Shown here in pieces: positions 13,132 to 24,338 of a DNA stretch of 64,000 nucleotides; the stretch's first letter is position 1; every line of letters begins with the position of its first letter. The notes beneath the pieces are model-generated. The model was given only the letters and a program-made list of their open reading frames with translations, was not told where the DNA came from and searched no databases. Origin of the DNA: Moniliella sp. 'wahieum'. Taxonomy: Eukaryota. The position numbers were made by a program, and so were the translations under genes. The DNA is taken from positions 62,001 to 126,000 of the forward strand of contig RSEE01000029.1 of assembly GCA_003971905.1 (NCBI GenBank), in the 5' to 3' direction.

Positions 13132-13386
13132 TGATGAAACCTGGAGTCTGGATGGTCCTCGAGGGTGATACAATCGCACTGATGGTGGTGGTGGTGATGG
13201 TGGTCTAAGTCAACCAGCAACCCCTACAGAGGAGCATCAAGCTTCAGACAGCGAGTCGCCACCAGGGGCAAAACTGCGGACCAAGGACAACCAGGAGGGA
13301 GGAAACAAAACGGAACTCCTAGGCCGGCTTGAGGAGGACCTGAAGGGACGTTGGCAAAAGCACGGGCCACCCGGTGGCTCAGCAGG
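13132..13386 (+). repeat. Diverged dispersed repeat, copy 2, inside the TIR element
   Basis: Aligns with 9821-10062. Confidence 0.85.
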
Positions 13387-13863
13387 ACTGTTGGGACGTA
13401 ATAAATGGTACGTTTAGAGCTCTTTGAGGCGCCAGGAGCTCTCGGAGCTCGGTGGCGTGTGGGTATGCTGCGGAGGTTGCCAGGGGCTGTTCCCACACGC
13501 ACAGCGCAGGGCTAATATGCTGAGCTGTGGGGGGTCCGTGCGTCGGCGTTACTGGTCTGTGCACCTTCCCACCAGAACCACACTGCTTTTGCTCTTGTTG
13601 CATCAGTCCTCCTCTTACCGCCCCTTTCACAGTTGAATGATATATATACCCCCCCCCCCCTCCCCCCCTCCACACCGGTCTCCTCTTCCCCCTAACAACC
13701 GCCTTCCCGACATGCCTATCACTATATATTTCCACACTTTCCTGCAGACCAACCGAAGACCAAAACTGGGGTAAGGTGCTAACCAAAGATCTGTCGGCAT
13801 CTCAACAACTGATGCCTGCTGTCCTGTTGGCGACCAACCAATCGTCCCAGTACTGTCTTTGCT

Positions 13864-13950
13864 AGGGTGTACTGACCTGCTGGGTGTACTGACCTGATGT
13901 GTGTTGGTGTACTGACCTGCTGGGTATACTGACCTGCTGCTGGTTACTGA
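13864..13950. repeat. Short tandem repeat of GGTGTACTGACCTGCTG-like units
   Basis: 4-5 imperfect copies read directly. Confidence 0.8.
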
Positions 13951-14689
13951 TGCTGGGAGCTGATCTGCTTTGGGTTTATAACAATCTTCCTACTGGGTAC
14001 TTACATGCTTGGGCACTGACTTACATGGTATGCATGTTGGTATCATATATCAACCTCTGATGTGCTTGGTATGTTAACCCGTACTTCCGCAGTGAGAATT
14101 ACCGATAGCATGTCAAAGGGAGCATGCCACCATTTGTGATATCAAGCAACGGTACGATCGATTGCAGTGTGGATGGAACTTGCGCGCGAGGCGGCCCCAT
14201 TCTGCCTGTTCTGCCCCTTCCTGTTGCGCCTTCACGCTGCGTTTCCCTGATTAACGGCCTGAGGCCTGATTGCATCTTCTCCACCAGTATTGCCTTGCCT
14301 TGCTTGCCTCCCGTAGCACACCTTAGTAATACAATCACTATTAGCCCAACAGAGATGTCCCATATATCTAAAGGATCTAAAGTAACACAACTGCCAATGA
14401 GGCTAGTGAGGGCCGCATATAGGCCCCCAAAGTATTGAGCAATGTAACCCTGTACCGATACATTGCATTATAAGCTAACCCTAAGGCTTATAAGCTAACC
14501 CTAGTGTAACCCTAGGACGCCATTTCCATTCCGTGGTAACCCGTGGTAACCCTTGGTAACCCGTGGAGTTCTGTGGTGTTTCCGTGGTTGAAAAAAAATT
14601 CTAACCTGTGTGGTGTGTCTATGGATTTCGTTCTCACTTTTTTTTCAAGATGGAGGGGCGCACTTATCCCATAGAATACAACAGTATGA

Positions 14690-15037
14690 ACACGGAACGG
14701 GCACGGAAGAGGTACGGGAAGAGGTACGGAAGAGGTACGGAAGAGGTACGGAACGGGTACGGAAGTGGTACGGAAGAGGTACGGAAGAGGTACGGAAGAG
14801 GTACGGAAGAGGTACGGAAGTGGTACGGAACGGGCACGGAAGTGGTACGGAAGAGGTACGGAAGAGGTACGGAAGTGGTACGGAACGGGCACGGAAGTGG
14901 TACGAAGAGGTACGGAAGAGGTACGGAAGAGGTACGGAAGAGGTACGGAAGTGGTACGGAACGGGCACGGAAGTGGTACGGAAGAGGTACGGAAGAGGTA
15001 CGGAAGTGGTACGGAAGAAGTACGGAACGGGCACGGT
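14690..15037. repeat. Right subterminal 11-bp minisatellite (GGTACGGAAGA with GGTACGGAAGT and GGCACGGAACG-type variants)
   Basis: About 30 tandem 11-mers adjoining the right TIR. Confidence 0.95.
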
Positions 15038-15765
15038 ATGCCACGGAATCCAAACTACGGAATACTACGGAATACCACGGGAGGGGTACGGAATCACCGC
15101 GGAATACCTGGAGCCTGGATCAGTGAGGTTGATGACACACACCTCTCACTCATTTCGAAGACAAAACAGAGGGGGTAGTGGAGTGGACGATACTGCTTTC
15201 AAGCATATTACTAGCCTTGTCTCATTCATCGGCCCGTCTTCTGTATGATCCAAGAATAATATAAGGCACGATGAAGACATAGAATCTAAAGCGCCCCCCA
15301 TATGCTCTCAACAGGCTCAACGCCTCTCTTCCATCGCCTCAGCAGCCGGTGAGAAAAGGGACTTAGTACTGTAACTAGGGCTGTTGCCACGGTTCTTAAG
15401 CGTTATTCATCATCTTCGCTGATGGCAATCATACAGTCATGGAACGTTGTCAGTGAAGCCCGCAGTTCTCCAATGAAAGAAGTGATGCATACATTTATAG
15501 ACTACCAAACCGGAGGCGAAAACAGGAGAGAGCGAAGACACATCAGGTAAATGATAAGTCGGCCGTGAATGAAAGGAAGCCTCATGAAGAAGGCAAAACA
15601 GACATGTCGACTTCACCAAGCCAGAGACTACGGCTTGTGACTTGATCCCATATAGAAAAACAGTGCCGACGGGATATATTTCGAGGGGGAACGGAGAACC
15701 TTGTAACTAATACAACTGATGGTACGCTTGTGACTCTAACAACCAACACTAAAGAGAACCCCGAC

Positions 15766-15837
15766 GCCTCTTTGGCTCAATGGTAAGGCGTCGCACTCGT
15801 AATGCGAAGATTAGTCGTTCGATTCGGCTAGGAGGCA
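15766..15837 (+). tRNA. tRNA-Thr(CGT)
   Basis: GCCTCTT/AGGAGGC acceptor stem, TCGCA-CTCGTAA-TGCGA anticodon arm, GTTCGATTC, followed by TTTTT. Confidence 0.93.
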
Positions 15838-16666
15838 ACTTTTTGCGCGGGGGCTGTCAGAGGCGGAGGAACTGTTGCGAAAGCAACACCGTTGGTCTTC
15901 TTCCCGTGTCCTCACGTTTTGGCCGAAAGTCTTCATTGCCGCCCTTCATCGATCATCTGGATCTGCAGATGATTCTAAACCGTTCCGAGACCCTAAGCTG
16001 ATGTAAGTACGCTCGCGCCCATGGGGCATTGGCAAGCCATTCTCGACGGGTTGACCGGCCTCAGTCTCGGTTCACGGAACTTAAGTAGGTCAGGGTGTTC
16101 CTGCATTCACAGAAAAGGAAACCAGTATCGCCCTTTCCAGGACGAATACGTCCCATCAATAAAGTATGCGCCTGCGGATGCAAAACACCAGCGTGTTGGT
16201 ACATTTGAGCCGGCGGACTGAGAGAGACCACCCGACGCGCAGATGCTGACCGACATACTAGAGACATTTCTGAAGATAACACGGACGCGGAGCCTTCGTC
16301 TCGAAAGGAGACGAATATTTAGTGAGCAAATCCAAGAAGCATGGATACAAGCTCGACGCTTCGCCGCTGCTCACACTCTGCACTGCCCAACTCCCAACTG
16401 GGGTCGGCCCCTGTGTTGCAAAAGCCAAAAAGTTATTGCCGCTGCCGCAACTCGCTCTGCCCCCCGTCCCAGTCTGCTCTCTACCCCAGGCGTAACCCAA
16501 TAACCCAATACAGCAGAAGCAACTTCTCCTTACTCAGGGCTCCCCCGTGTGTTGCGAGTTTCCCTCATGTACTACGTTTCGGTTGGCACAACAACCATAG
16601 TCTCTCCTTTGTGCACGAATGTATACACGCTAATAAAAAAGCGGGTAAACCCGATGAATAAAAAGA

Positions 16667-16764
16667 CGACAATGACAGGATTCGAACCTGTGCAGGCAGA
16701 GCCTAATTGATGGTTAGAATATGGAAGTTCTAATCAATCCCCTTAACCGCTCGGGCACATTGCC
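16667..16764 (-). tRNA. tRNA-Ser(AGA), intron-containing, second copy
   Basis: Exons identical to 9606-9702 in reverse orientation; intron cttccatattctaacc versus ctccaaattctaacc. Confidence 0.95.
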
Positions 16765-17849
16765 TTGTGATCGTGCTCGAATAAGGAAGCGACCCATCCT
16801 TCGGCGGCATGCCACCCTGAATCTAGCAAGGTGGTGAAGAGGTGCAGTCTTCCAGAGTGGCAATGAGGTTTGATGGGAAGAGCCGGGAGGCAAAGAATGA
16901 TGAATTGGAGGGTGCGCACAGCAGCCCTCCCCGTGTTACGTACCTCGTCGGATTTGAGAGATGGTTACATTCGAGCTAACTAAGGCGCTTCCTGCTCTAT
17001 ACCCACTGCGTCTTTCAGCCGCGCTACTGCTACTTAAGCTGGCGGCACTGGTCCTCCTATATGCAGCCTACACCTGTAGCCGCCTCTCTGCTACAGGTTG
17101 AAAGACCCCTCCTTGTCCCTCACCCCGTTCGGACGCACCAATCAGCCCAAGCACGCTGAACTACCGCGAGTCGGCCTTTATAGGACCTCCAAGAAATTTT
17201 GTATCCCCAAAAACCTTCCCCCGACGGGCCCCTGGCGGCGCCAGCCCGTGACAGTGGGGGTTCACTTTGGGTGGTATTACTAGAGCGAGACCCAGGTGAG
17301 TGGAGTTCTTTTTGCGCCTTTTGGGCGCTGGGTCTACCCCAACAAGGGGCACGAAGAATAATCGGTGTGCATGAGGCCTGAGGGGAACGAGAAGTAAGGG
17401 CGAAGAATTGGGTTTTCATGTGAGGTGTATGCTTCAATTGGCTTGAGAGAGAAGATGGAGACTCATTTGATTCAATGAAAACTGAGCTGACCCACTAAGG
17501 ATTGCCTGGTGAAAAGGTATCACGACAGATTGTGGCGATGCGCGATCATACGGCTCATTCCGAGCTCTGTTATTCTCAGTTCGATTCTGGGGGCAGTCAC
17601 TTTTTGTTTTGCTTGGTTTGTTTGGGCTATATCCGATCTGAGAGCTTGCATGTCGCGAGGGAGAAGAGGCGAGGTTGCGTACAGGTGCATGCAGCAATGG
17701 ACGACATACCATACAGTAGAAGACCAGGCATGGGTGCCGTAGACTAATCGGTACCCGCGCTAACCCCAGATGGGCTACCGTTCCATCGCCCATCGCTGTT
17801 GGGGCCGGATTTGTGCAGTGCACGTGCTATTATATCAGCACTGGGGTGA

Positions 17850-19750
17850 AGCAACGCGATCGACGCGTTTTATTAGCGCGACGCATTATAATGTTCTCGC
17901 CTGCGAACTCTGCATTGCGCGCGCCTCACAGACGCCGGCAGGCCTCGTCACGCTCCACCCCGCGGGCGAGGCAGATCTCTTCAACCTCAGCTCGGGCCCA
18001 GCGTTTGGCGCACACACCGCACTCATGCGACCGGCCACAGACTGCGTGGCACTGCCGGGCACCGCCTTTTCCAATCCGACCGACAGGAAGCGTTTAAGAT
18101 GGGCTTGGGCGAAATTGGCTTCCCCGCTTGATCGGCACACTCAGACCCAAGCCGCTTCGTTGATTTGCTCACCGCCCTCGCCGGTGGCATCCCATGGGAC
18201 TGCTCCTGCTCCTGGCCGTGGGATCCTCTGGCATCCCGCCTAACTCACCCCCCGAACACAGTAGGACAGGGCAAGGTTCCGCCCCATCGCCTATCGGGAC
18301 CGGAGTTGCCGGCCGTATGCCAACGGCATCGTTTGGGCGAGCGGTTTCTGCTCAGTGGGGGTAGCATCGCGTAAGGGGGGGAGGAGGGTCCGGAACTGGG
18401 CACATTTAACCACGTCACCATGTTCGGTTTCACCAACGTTTTCAACACTGTGCGCTGTCGCACACTCGCCAACGCACTCCCCTGGTATGTCCCCGATCTC
18501 CTTGCTTTGGGCTGGTGGATCTATGGTATATGGTATCCCCTCTCACCTCTGGATTGCTCCGGACGGGAACGAGAACTGCGACAGGTATTACTGCCGTTGG
18601 GCCTAGCACTCAACCTGCGCAAGGGCGTCGAACGGGGGGCCGTGACGAGATTCGTGAGGATGGGGTCATGGTCCTGGGCGCTTACGTCGGATGAGATGAG
18701 GATTGTTGCCGACCGTCCCTCCGGCACCTGCTGAACAGCCCGGCATGCCCACATTGGATGGCATTATAGTACCCTTCAGGGACGCGTCTTACTGTGGCGG
18801 TATGATACTCGACGAAGCTGCGCCACTTGCTCCATACCACGAAGATGGGAGGTGAGCTGGACGATGTGCTAGCCGAGCTTGATGCTTTTATCTGTACCCA
18901 GTTTCGACGGATCCGAATAGACGAGTTACGCTCCAGGTAGAAACGACGATTATCTTGCCATCGGTTTATGAGCCTGCCTCTTCGGATGAGTGCAAGCGGC
19001 TGCCCGCTCTCCTCGTGCAATACGCCCCCCACGCACGTGTTGCGGCCAATGAGATCAACGACTATTGTAGTACCACATTGGGTTCTTGCCCCCTCAGCTG
19101 CATACGCGGCGAACGCATTTCCGGCACGTGCAAGCATTGCTAGAAGATGAGGGCCAAGAGCCAGCAGGAGCCACTGTAGACGCTCAACGCGGCCGAAGGG
19201 CGCATGCGGTTCCGCACAGCAATCCGTTCAACCACTTGGTTTTCCTCAATCCCAGCAGCCAAGCGCTCCGAGCTCACCGACACACAGGTTCAGATTCATC
19301 TCCCGCTCCGTACGCTGTGTCGTTGGTTAGGCAGACGTGCAAGTGTTGGTCCGATGGCCTCGCTAGGGTTCATCTTGGCTTGCACCCGTACCCAGTCCTC
19401 AGTCTCCAGTTTGGCGCATTGCACCAGGCTGTGTGGGACCCGGGACCCGGTTCTCGCTCTCGTCCCCTCCGTCCCTGACACCCACATTCCCAACGCGCCG
19501 ACTGGAGCAGCAGCAGACGAGACGTGCAAGAAAGGCGAGGCATACGGACTGCCGATCGATGGGACCTGGAGTATTCGGAGGATCAGGAATGGAGGTGGAC
19601 CGCACTTAACACTTTATGGGACTCGGACACAAGGGACGGATGGTTGCGTGCAGCAAGGTACATGACAGAAACGCAACACCGTTAGAACAATGGGGGAAGG
19701 AACCCTTCGGCGGTTGGAGCAAGCGGAATGTGAGTAGAACGCCACGTACT
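17850..19750 (+). mobile_element. Decayed CRE-clade (Cnl1/MoTeR-like) non-LTR retrotransposon relic; limits approximate
   Basis: Ordered RT-region remnants LGERFL (~18332), FTNVFNTVR...VPDLL..WWIYG (~18430), EDGVMVLGAYVG (~18660), KLRHLLHTT (~18815) and SLPLR (~18971) match the motif order of CRE-type elements. No YxDD block is visible. Confidence 0.6.
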
Positions 19751-20416
19751 ATGGACACACTCCACGGCGCTTCTATGCTACCAGACGGAGAGAAAGATGC
19801 TTGAGCATGACGGGAAAGAATTATGATGATGTGTCACCTTGAAGATGCTTCCTCGCCACACATGTCTACAAGTGATGCTCTTCGTATCCACGTACGCTAC
19901 ATGCGGTGTGGGCTCGAATGCGGGCACCAAAGGGTCCTGATTGCTGGCGACTTTTACTGATGTCCTATTAATTGGGTGGCACGAAGCAGCAGAGCGCACG
20001 ACGGATGCGTAGATGGTTAGGCGCAGCGCCCTTTCTGTCCCCGCCTTAGGCTCTGGACAAGACATGGATGCAAACAATGCAGGGTTTAACGTGGGAAACT
20101 GGCCCATAGGAAAGAGACAAGCACAATAGGGAATGATGAAAGGTGACTGAGTGGAACAACGTATTTCCTGCTCGCGCTTGCGCAATACCACTAGCTGAGA
20201 CCATATGTTGTTTGCGAGTCAGACGACGGGATGGGACGTACGGTAGTGGGGGTTACTCAACTTCGTTGGAGGTTATCTTGCTTGACTGAAACTGGTTCTT
20301 GTTACTGTCCACATTTGCACCTGAGAGAGAAAGGGCGTTTGGGGAACTGTGTGCATGTCAGTGCCAGAATCATAATTCCTGCATAAGGAATTACCAATAG
20401 CACCTCCTACCAATTG

Positions 20417-20505
20417 GGGTTCGTGGTGTGTAGTGGTATCATGCCTCTTTAGGGTGCTTGACTCGCTCGTAGAGGTGGTCCTCGGTTCGATCCCGGGCGG
20501 ACCCC
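20417..20505 (+). tRNA. tRNA-Pro(AGG), intron-containing
   Basis: GGGTTCG/CGGACCC acceptor stem, CCTCT-TTAGGG-[intron]-TAGAGG anticodon arm, GGTTCGATCCC, T-run terminator. Confidence 0.88.
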
Positions 20506-20906
20506 TTTTTCAACTACTTTTTGCTTCCAGGAGCACACGCCATTGCCACAAGTCTGGCCGACTGCTTCACCTGGCTCTCTCGGCGTCAGGAGATGTATTT
20601 ATGGTAGGCTGGGGCGTTACTAGGTACTAGCTACTTGCTACTGTATGGGCACGACAATAAAGGTGCATGTGAGGCGCCAGATGCATAGGAGGGAGGGGGC
20701 TTAGATGAGCGGTGTCAAACAAAGGAGGGCAGGATGGGAAGAGGGGAGCGGAGCGGAGGGGGGACAACCATCGCCGCCCACGGGAGCATCGCGACTTTTT
20801 CTACGCGATGGCAGCAACTCTGGATCGAAGCAGAGCAGACGGCGCGGACGGTGGGAGGCGAGGGTGCGTGCGCACACCGGCGCTTTTGTGGGACGAGCGA
20901 GCAGGC

Positions 20907-22982
20907 TCAGTAGTCAAAGTCGTCTTCCGCCTCAAAACGCCCACGGCCCGACGACCGACCGCCGTAGCCGCCCCGGCCCGAGTCGCGGCCACCGTACCCA
21001 CCACGGCTGCTACCGCCAAACCCGCCACGGCTGCTGCCGAACCCCCACGGCTCGGGCCGCCAAATCCGCCACGGCTGCTGCCGCCGAACCCACCACGGCT
21101 GCTGCCGCCAAACCCACCACGGCTAGAGCCGCCAAAGCTGTCACGGCTGTTGCGCCCGCCAAACCCACCCCGGCTGCCACCACCGCGCGAACGCGTCGCA
21201 GTGAACGGCATGGTGAGCTCGTCGGCAACCGACGGGGCAAACCCACAGAACCACGAGAAAACCTTGTTGACCACGTCGTTACCGCGGGTCTGGAGCAGCG
21301 GCGCAAGAATGTGGTAGAAGCCGCTCTGGGCACCCATCACCAACTGCATCGTGTCGCTGGGCACTTGTTCGATCGCCTCGGCAGACGCCGCCTTCAAGTC
21401 GGACACGCTGCCAGTGCCTTCGAAGGAGGCGATGACCTCGTCCGACGTGACAGTCTCCACAGGGAGGTCTTGGATTTGCCAGTCGACAAACGGCTGCTCA
21501 AACGGCGCAATGACCAAGTCGGCCCGGCCCGCCGCGCCAGCGCGACCGGTACGGCCAATACGGTGAATGTACGTGTCCGTAGTCGCCGGCACACCCACTT
21601 GGATCACGCGCGTCGTACCCGGGTAGTCTACACCACGCGCCGAGACGTCCGAGGTGACCAAGACAGCGCTGCCGCGGCTGCCGCGGAACGCGGCGCTGGT
21701 GCGCGAGCGCGAGCCCTGCGACTTGGCACTCGACAACTCGTACATCCCCGTCCGACGCACAGGGAAGAGCGAGCTGACATCTTGAAGCAACTGGCTCATC
21801 ATCGACACCATCTTGGTCGACTGGCAGAAGACGATCACCTTGGACTTGTTGGGGTGCTCGGTTTGGTCTTGCGCAATCAGCGCCACCACGGTCGGCAGCA
21901 CGTCCCGGGTCATCCACAACCACCGCGCGCTGGGGAATGTGCTTGTGCACGTTCTCCTCGCCGGGGGGAACACAGTCGATGAAGCGGTGGTCGTCAGCCA
22001 AGGCGATGCTGGACATCTTGCGGATCTCCCGCGACACGGTCGCGCTAAACAGCAGGTTCAACCGTTCCTCCGGTTCCGGAAGGAAGTCCACAATCGTTTC
22101 CAACGCGTCGCGGAAACCCATGTCGAGCAACGTGTCGCACTCGTCCAACACCAACGTCTCGGTGTACTTGGCCGCATCGGCAATCTGCGGCTCGTTCTCC
22201 AGAAAGTCTTGCAGACGTCCAGGGGTGGCAACGACCACATCGCGCGGGGCGGTCATGAGGTGACGCAGTTGCATGTCGCGCCGGTCACCACCACAGAGCA
22301 GGTGAGAGCCCAGGTCGGTACCCGCGGTCAATTTTTGCACTTCCTTGAAAATTTGCATGGCCAACTCGCGGGTGTGGGGAGATGATAAGCGCACCAAAGG
22401 CTTGCTTGCGGTACAAGCGCGCAGCCTGCACGCCCTCGGCATCCGCCTTTCACCCAGCACTTGCTTCACACGCTCCGAAACTTCGCCGGCACGAATGGGG
22501 CCGATAGTGTTGATCCGGCGCTGGACAGCAGGGATGAGGAAGGCAAGCGTCTTGCCCGTACCGGTCTTGGCCTTGACGAGCATGTCGCGGCCGCGGCCAT
22601 CGGACAAGGGCCCACGCTCTACACACCGGCATCGGCAACGTGGGGCAGGAGGGTGAGCACGGCGTGTTGGACGTCGCTCATGTTCTCGTACCCGAAGGGC
22701 TTGACGGTGAGCGCGTGGAGCATCTTCTTGCCGATCTTGCCCTCGAGGGAGGCGAACTTGGTGGGCTCGGAAGGCGGGAGGGCCTTGCCGTCGTCGGTGT
22801 TGCGAACGCAGACGGAGGAGGAGAAAGGCGGGTGGGCAGAGCCGAGGCCGGGCGGGGCAGGGCGGCGGCGGGCAGGGGGCGCGGAGGGCAACCGAGGGCA
22901 GCGCGAGGGTGGCGGAGCCGCGCAGGGCAGCGAGTGCCGGGAGGCGCTGGGCGACGCGCAGGTGGACACTCGGACTCAGCAT
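20907..22982 (-). CDS. MSS116: Mss116-like DEAD-box RNA helicase with C-terminal RGG repeats (frameshifted in the assembly)
   Basis: GYENMSDVQ, KAKTGTGKTLAF, TRELAMQI, ATPGRLQD, LVLDECD, FSAT, TSDVSARGVDYPG, YIHRIGRTGRAG, followed by (GGSSRGGF)n. Confidence 0.88.
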
Positions 22983-24338
22983 CGGGAGGAGGGGGAGGGA
23001 GGGGAGGTGGTGGGGGAGGAGGCAGCAGCGGCGTGCTCTTTGCTCTTTGCTCTTTGCTCTTAGCCCAGAAGCTTCTTCGCCCGCCGCGTCGCACAAAAAA
23101 AATCCGGTTGCCACGCCCGCCGGCGTTGCACCGATCCCTCTGCGCAGCCCAGGAAGAAAGCCATTCGGCCGTGTTCCGCATCCGCCCCATCGAGCACTTA
23201 CGTAACACCCCAGGCACAGGCGCAGTGTGCGGCGCGTGGGCGGATGGTGATGCCGCCATTGATTGCGGCCCGGCGGCAGACACGCCTCGCGCCGCAGCGC
23301 CACAGCAGTGTCATATATCATACGTCACATGTCACACCACGCCGCCCACCGCCGTCGACGCGCCACGCGCCTGCTTTAATTCTTCCCTCGACCTGTGGGC
23401 CAGACTCAATATCCAGTCCAGTTGCACGCGACGCCCCTCGCCTATCCCAGACCGGGTGGTGGGCCTGCCATGGGAATTGGATACTGCACGGGTGGCCATT
23501 CGGGTGAGTCATCTGCGATTGTGGCGTGCCGCAGCAGACACACCGTGACGGTCCGCTCCGTCATCGCCATCGGCCATCGACCATCGACCATCCCGCATCG
23601 GCTTGCTATTGGTTCGAGTAGCGTCCTTCTGGTCGCGTGCTGACACGAGTGCTCCGGCCTGTCTCGCTTCGGCGCCTTCCTTGGTGCTCCCATGCTCGCT
23701 TCTCGGGCCAGCACCATCCTTTGGACCCATCACCTGAACATATTGGCCACACGCCAAGGTCTTGCTGTCTTCTTGGTAAATAGCCCTCGCAGCGAGGGAC
23801 TCGCCATATATTGGCCACAGGGATTCTTGCGCGTGAGGAGACGCGGCACAAGTGCAGTGTAGATCGGGGCAAAGAGGGGAAGAAAGGGAAGAGGCAGAGT
23901 CGATTATTTCAAAGGTAACTGAACGTTCGGCCCTGGCCCCGCCTTGAGACGAACAGTGGGCGTCCCTCATTTGGACTGCATAATTATTGTGCTATACAGA
24001 GTGCGGATTGGGAGCACTCGGTCCGATCCGGGGGATCATAGGGAGAACAGCCTTCCGCCAGGGTGTGAAGACGAATTGAGTGATCAGCCGCAAGTCAAGT
24101 CGCTGTGCCTGGTATAGTAGCTGGGGATTTGGTGCGTTCATGTCATCACATTTCACATTGGCACAAAAAGCAGAGATGCGAGGGTGGTCCCGGTACAGCG
24201 AGGATACGTGAGCACATATATAAAGATCCAAAAGAGCGAGAAAAGCAACATCCGTGGTAGTGATGGTTGGAGAATATGCACAGAATGGGAAGGTTTTGCC
24301 ACGTGGCCACAAGATGATTGCAAGGAGATGAAGGATCC

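Larger units (their letters stand above)
10158..15127. mobile_element. 4.97-kb DNA transposon: about 65-bp imperfect TIRs starting CTCACTGA, subterminal repeat arrays, 7-bp flanking direct repeat GTTGATG
   Basis: Left end ctcactgagccgaggctccaggtattccgcggtaattccgaaccccttccgtggtattccgtagtat; reverse complement of right end ctcactgatccaggctccaggtattccgcggtgattccgtacccctcccgtggtattccgtagtat. GTTGATG at 10151-10157 and 15128-15134. Confidence 0.9.

Noticed and set aside
14512..15248. Several overlapping repetitive ORFs (RKRYGRGTEEV...)
   Set aside because: They are translations of the 11-bp subterminal minisatellite, open in multiple frames on both strands.
15250..16620. Possible decayed coding fragments around tRNA-Thr
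   Set aside because: No motif I could recognise, so there is no basis for a call.
23509..24330. ORF fragments between the helicase and the permease
   Set aside because: No recognisable homology or consistent gene structure.
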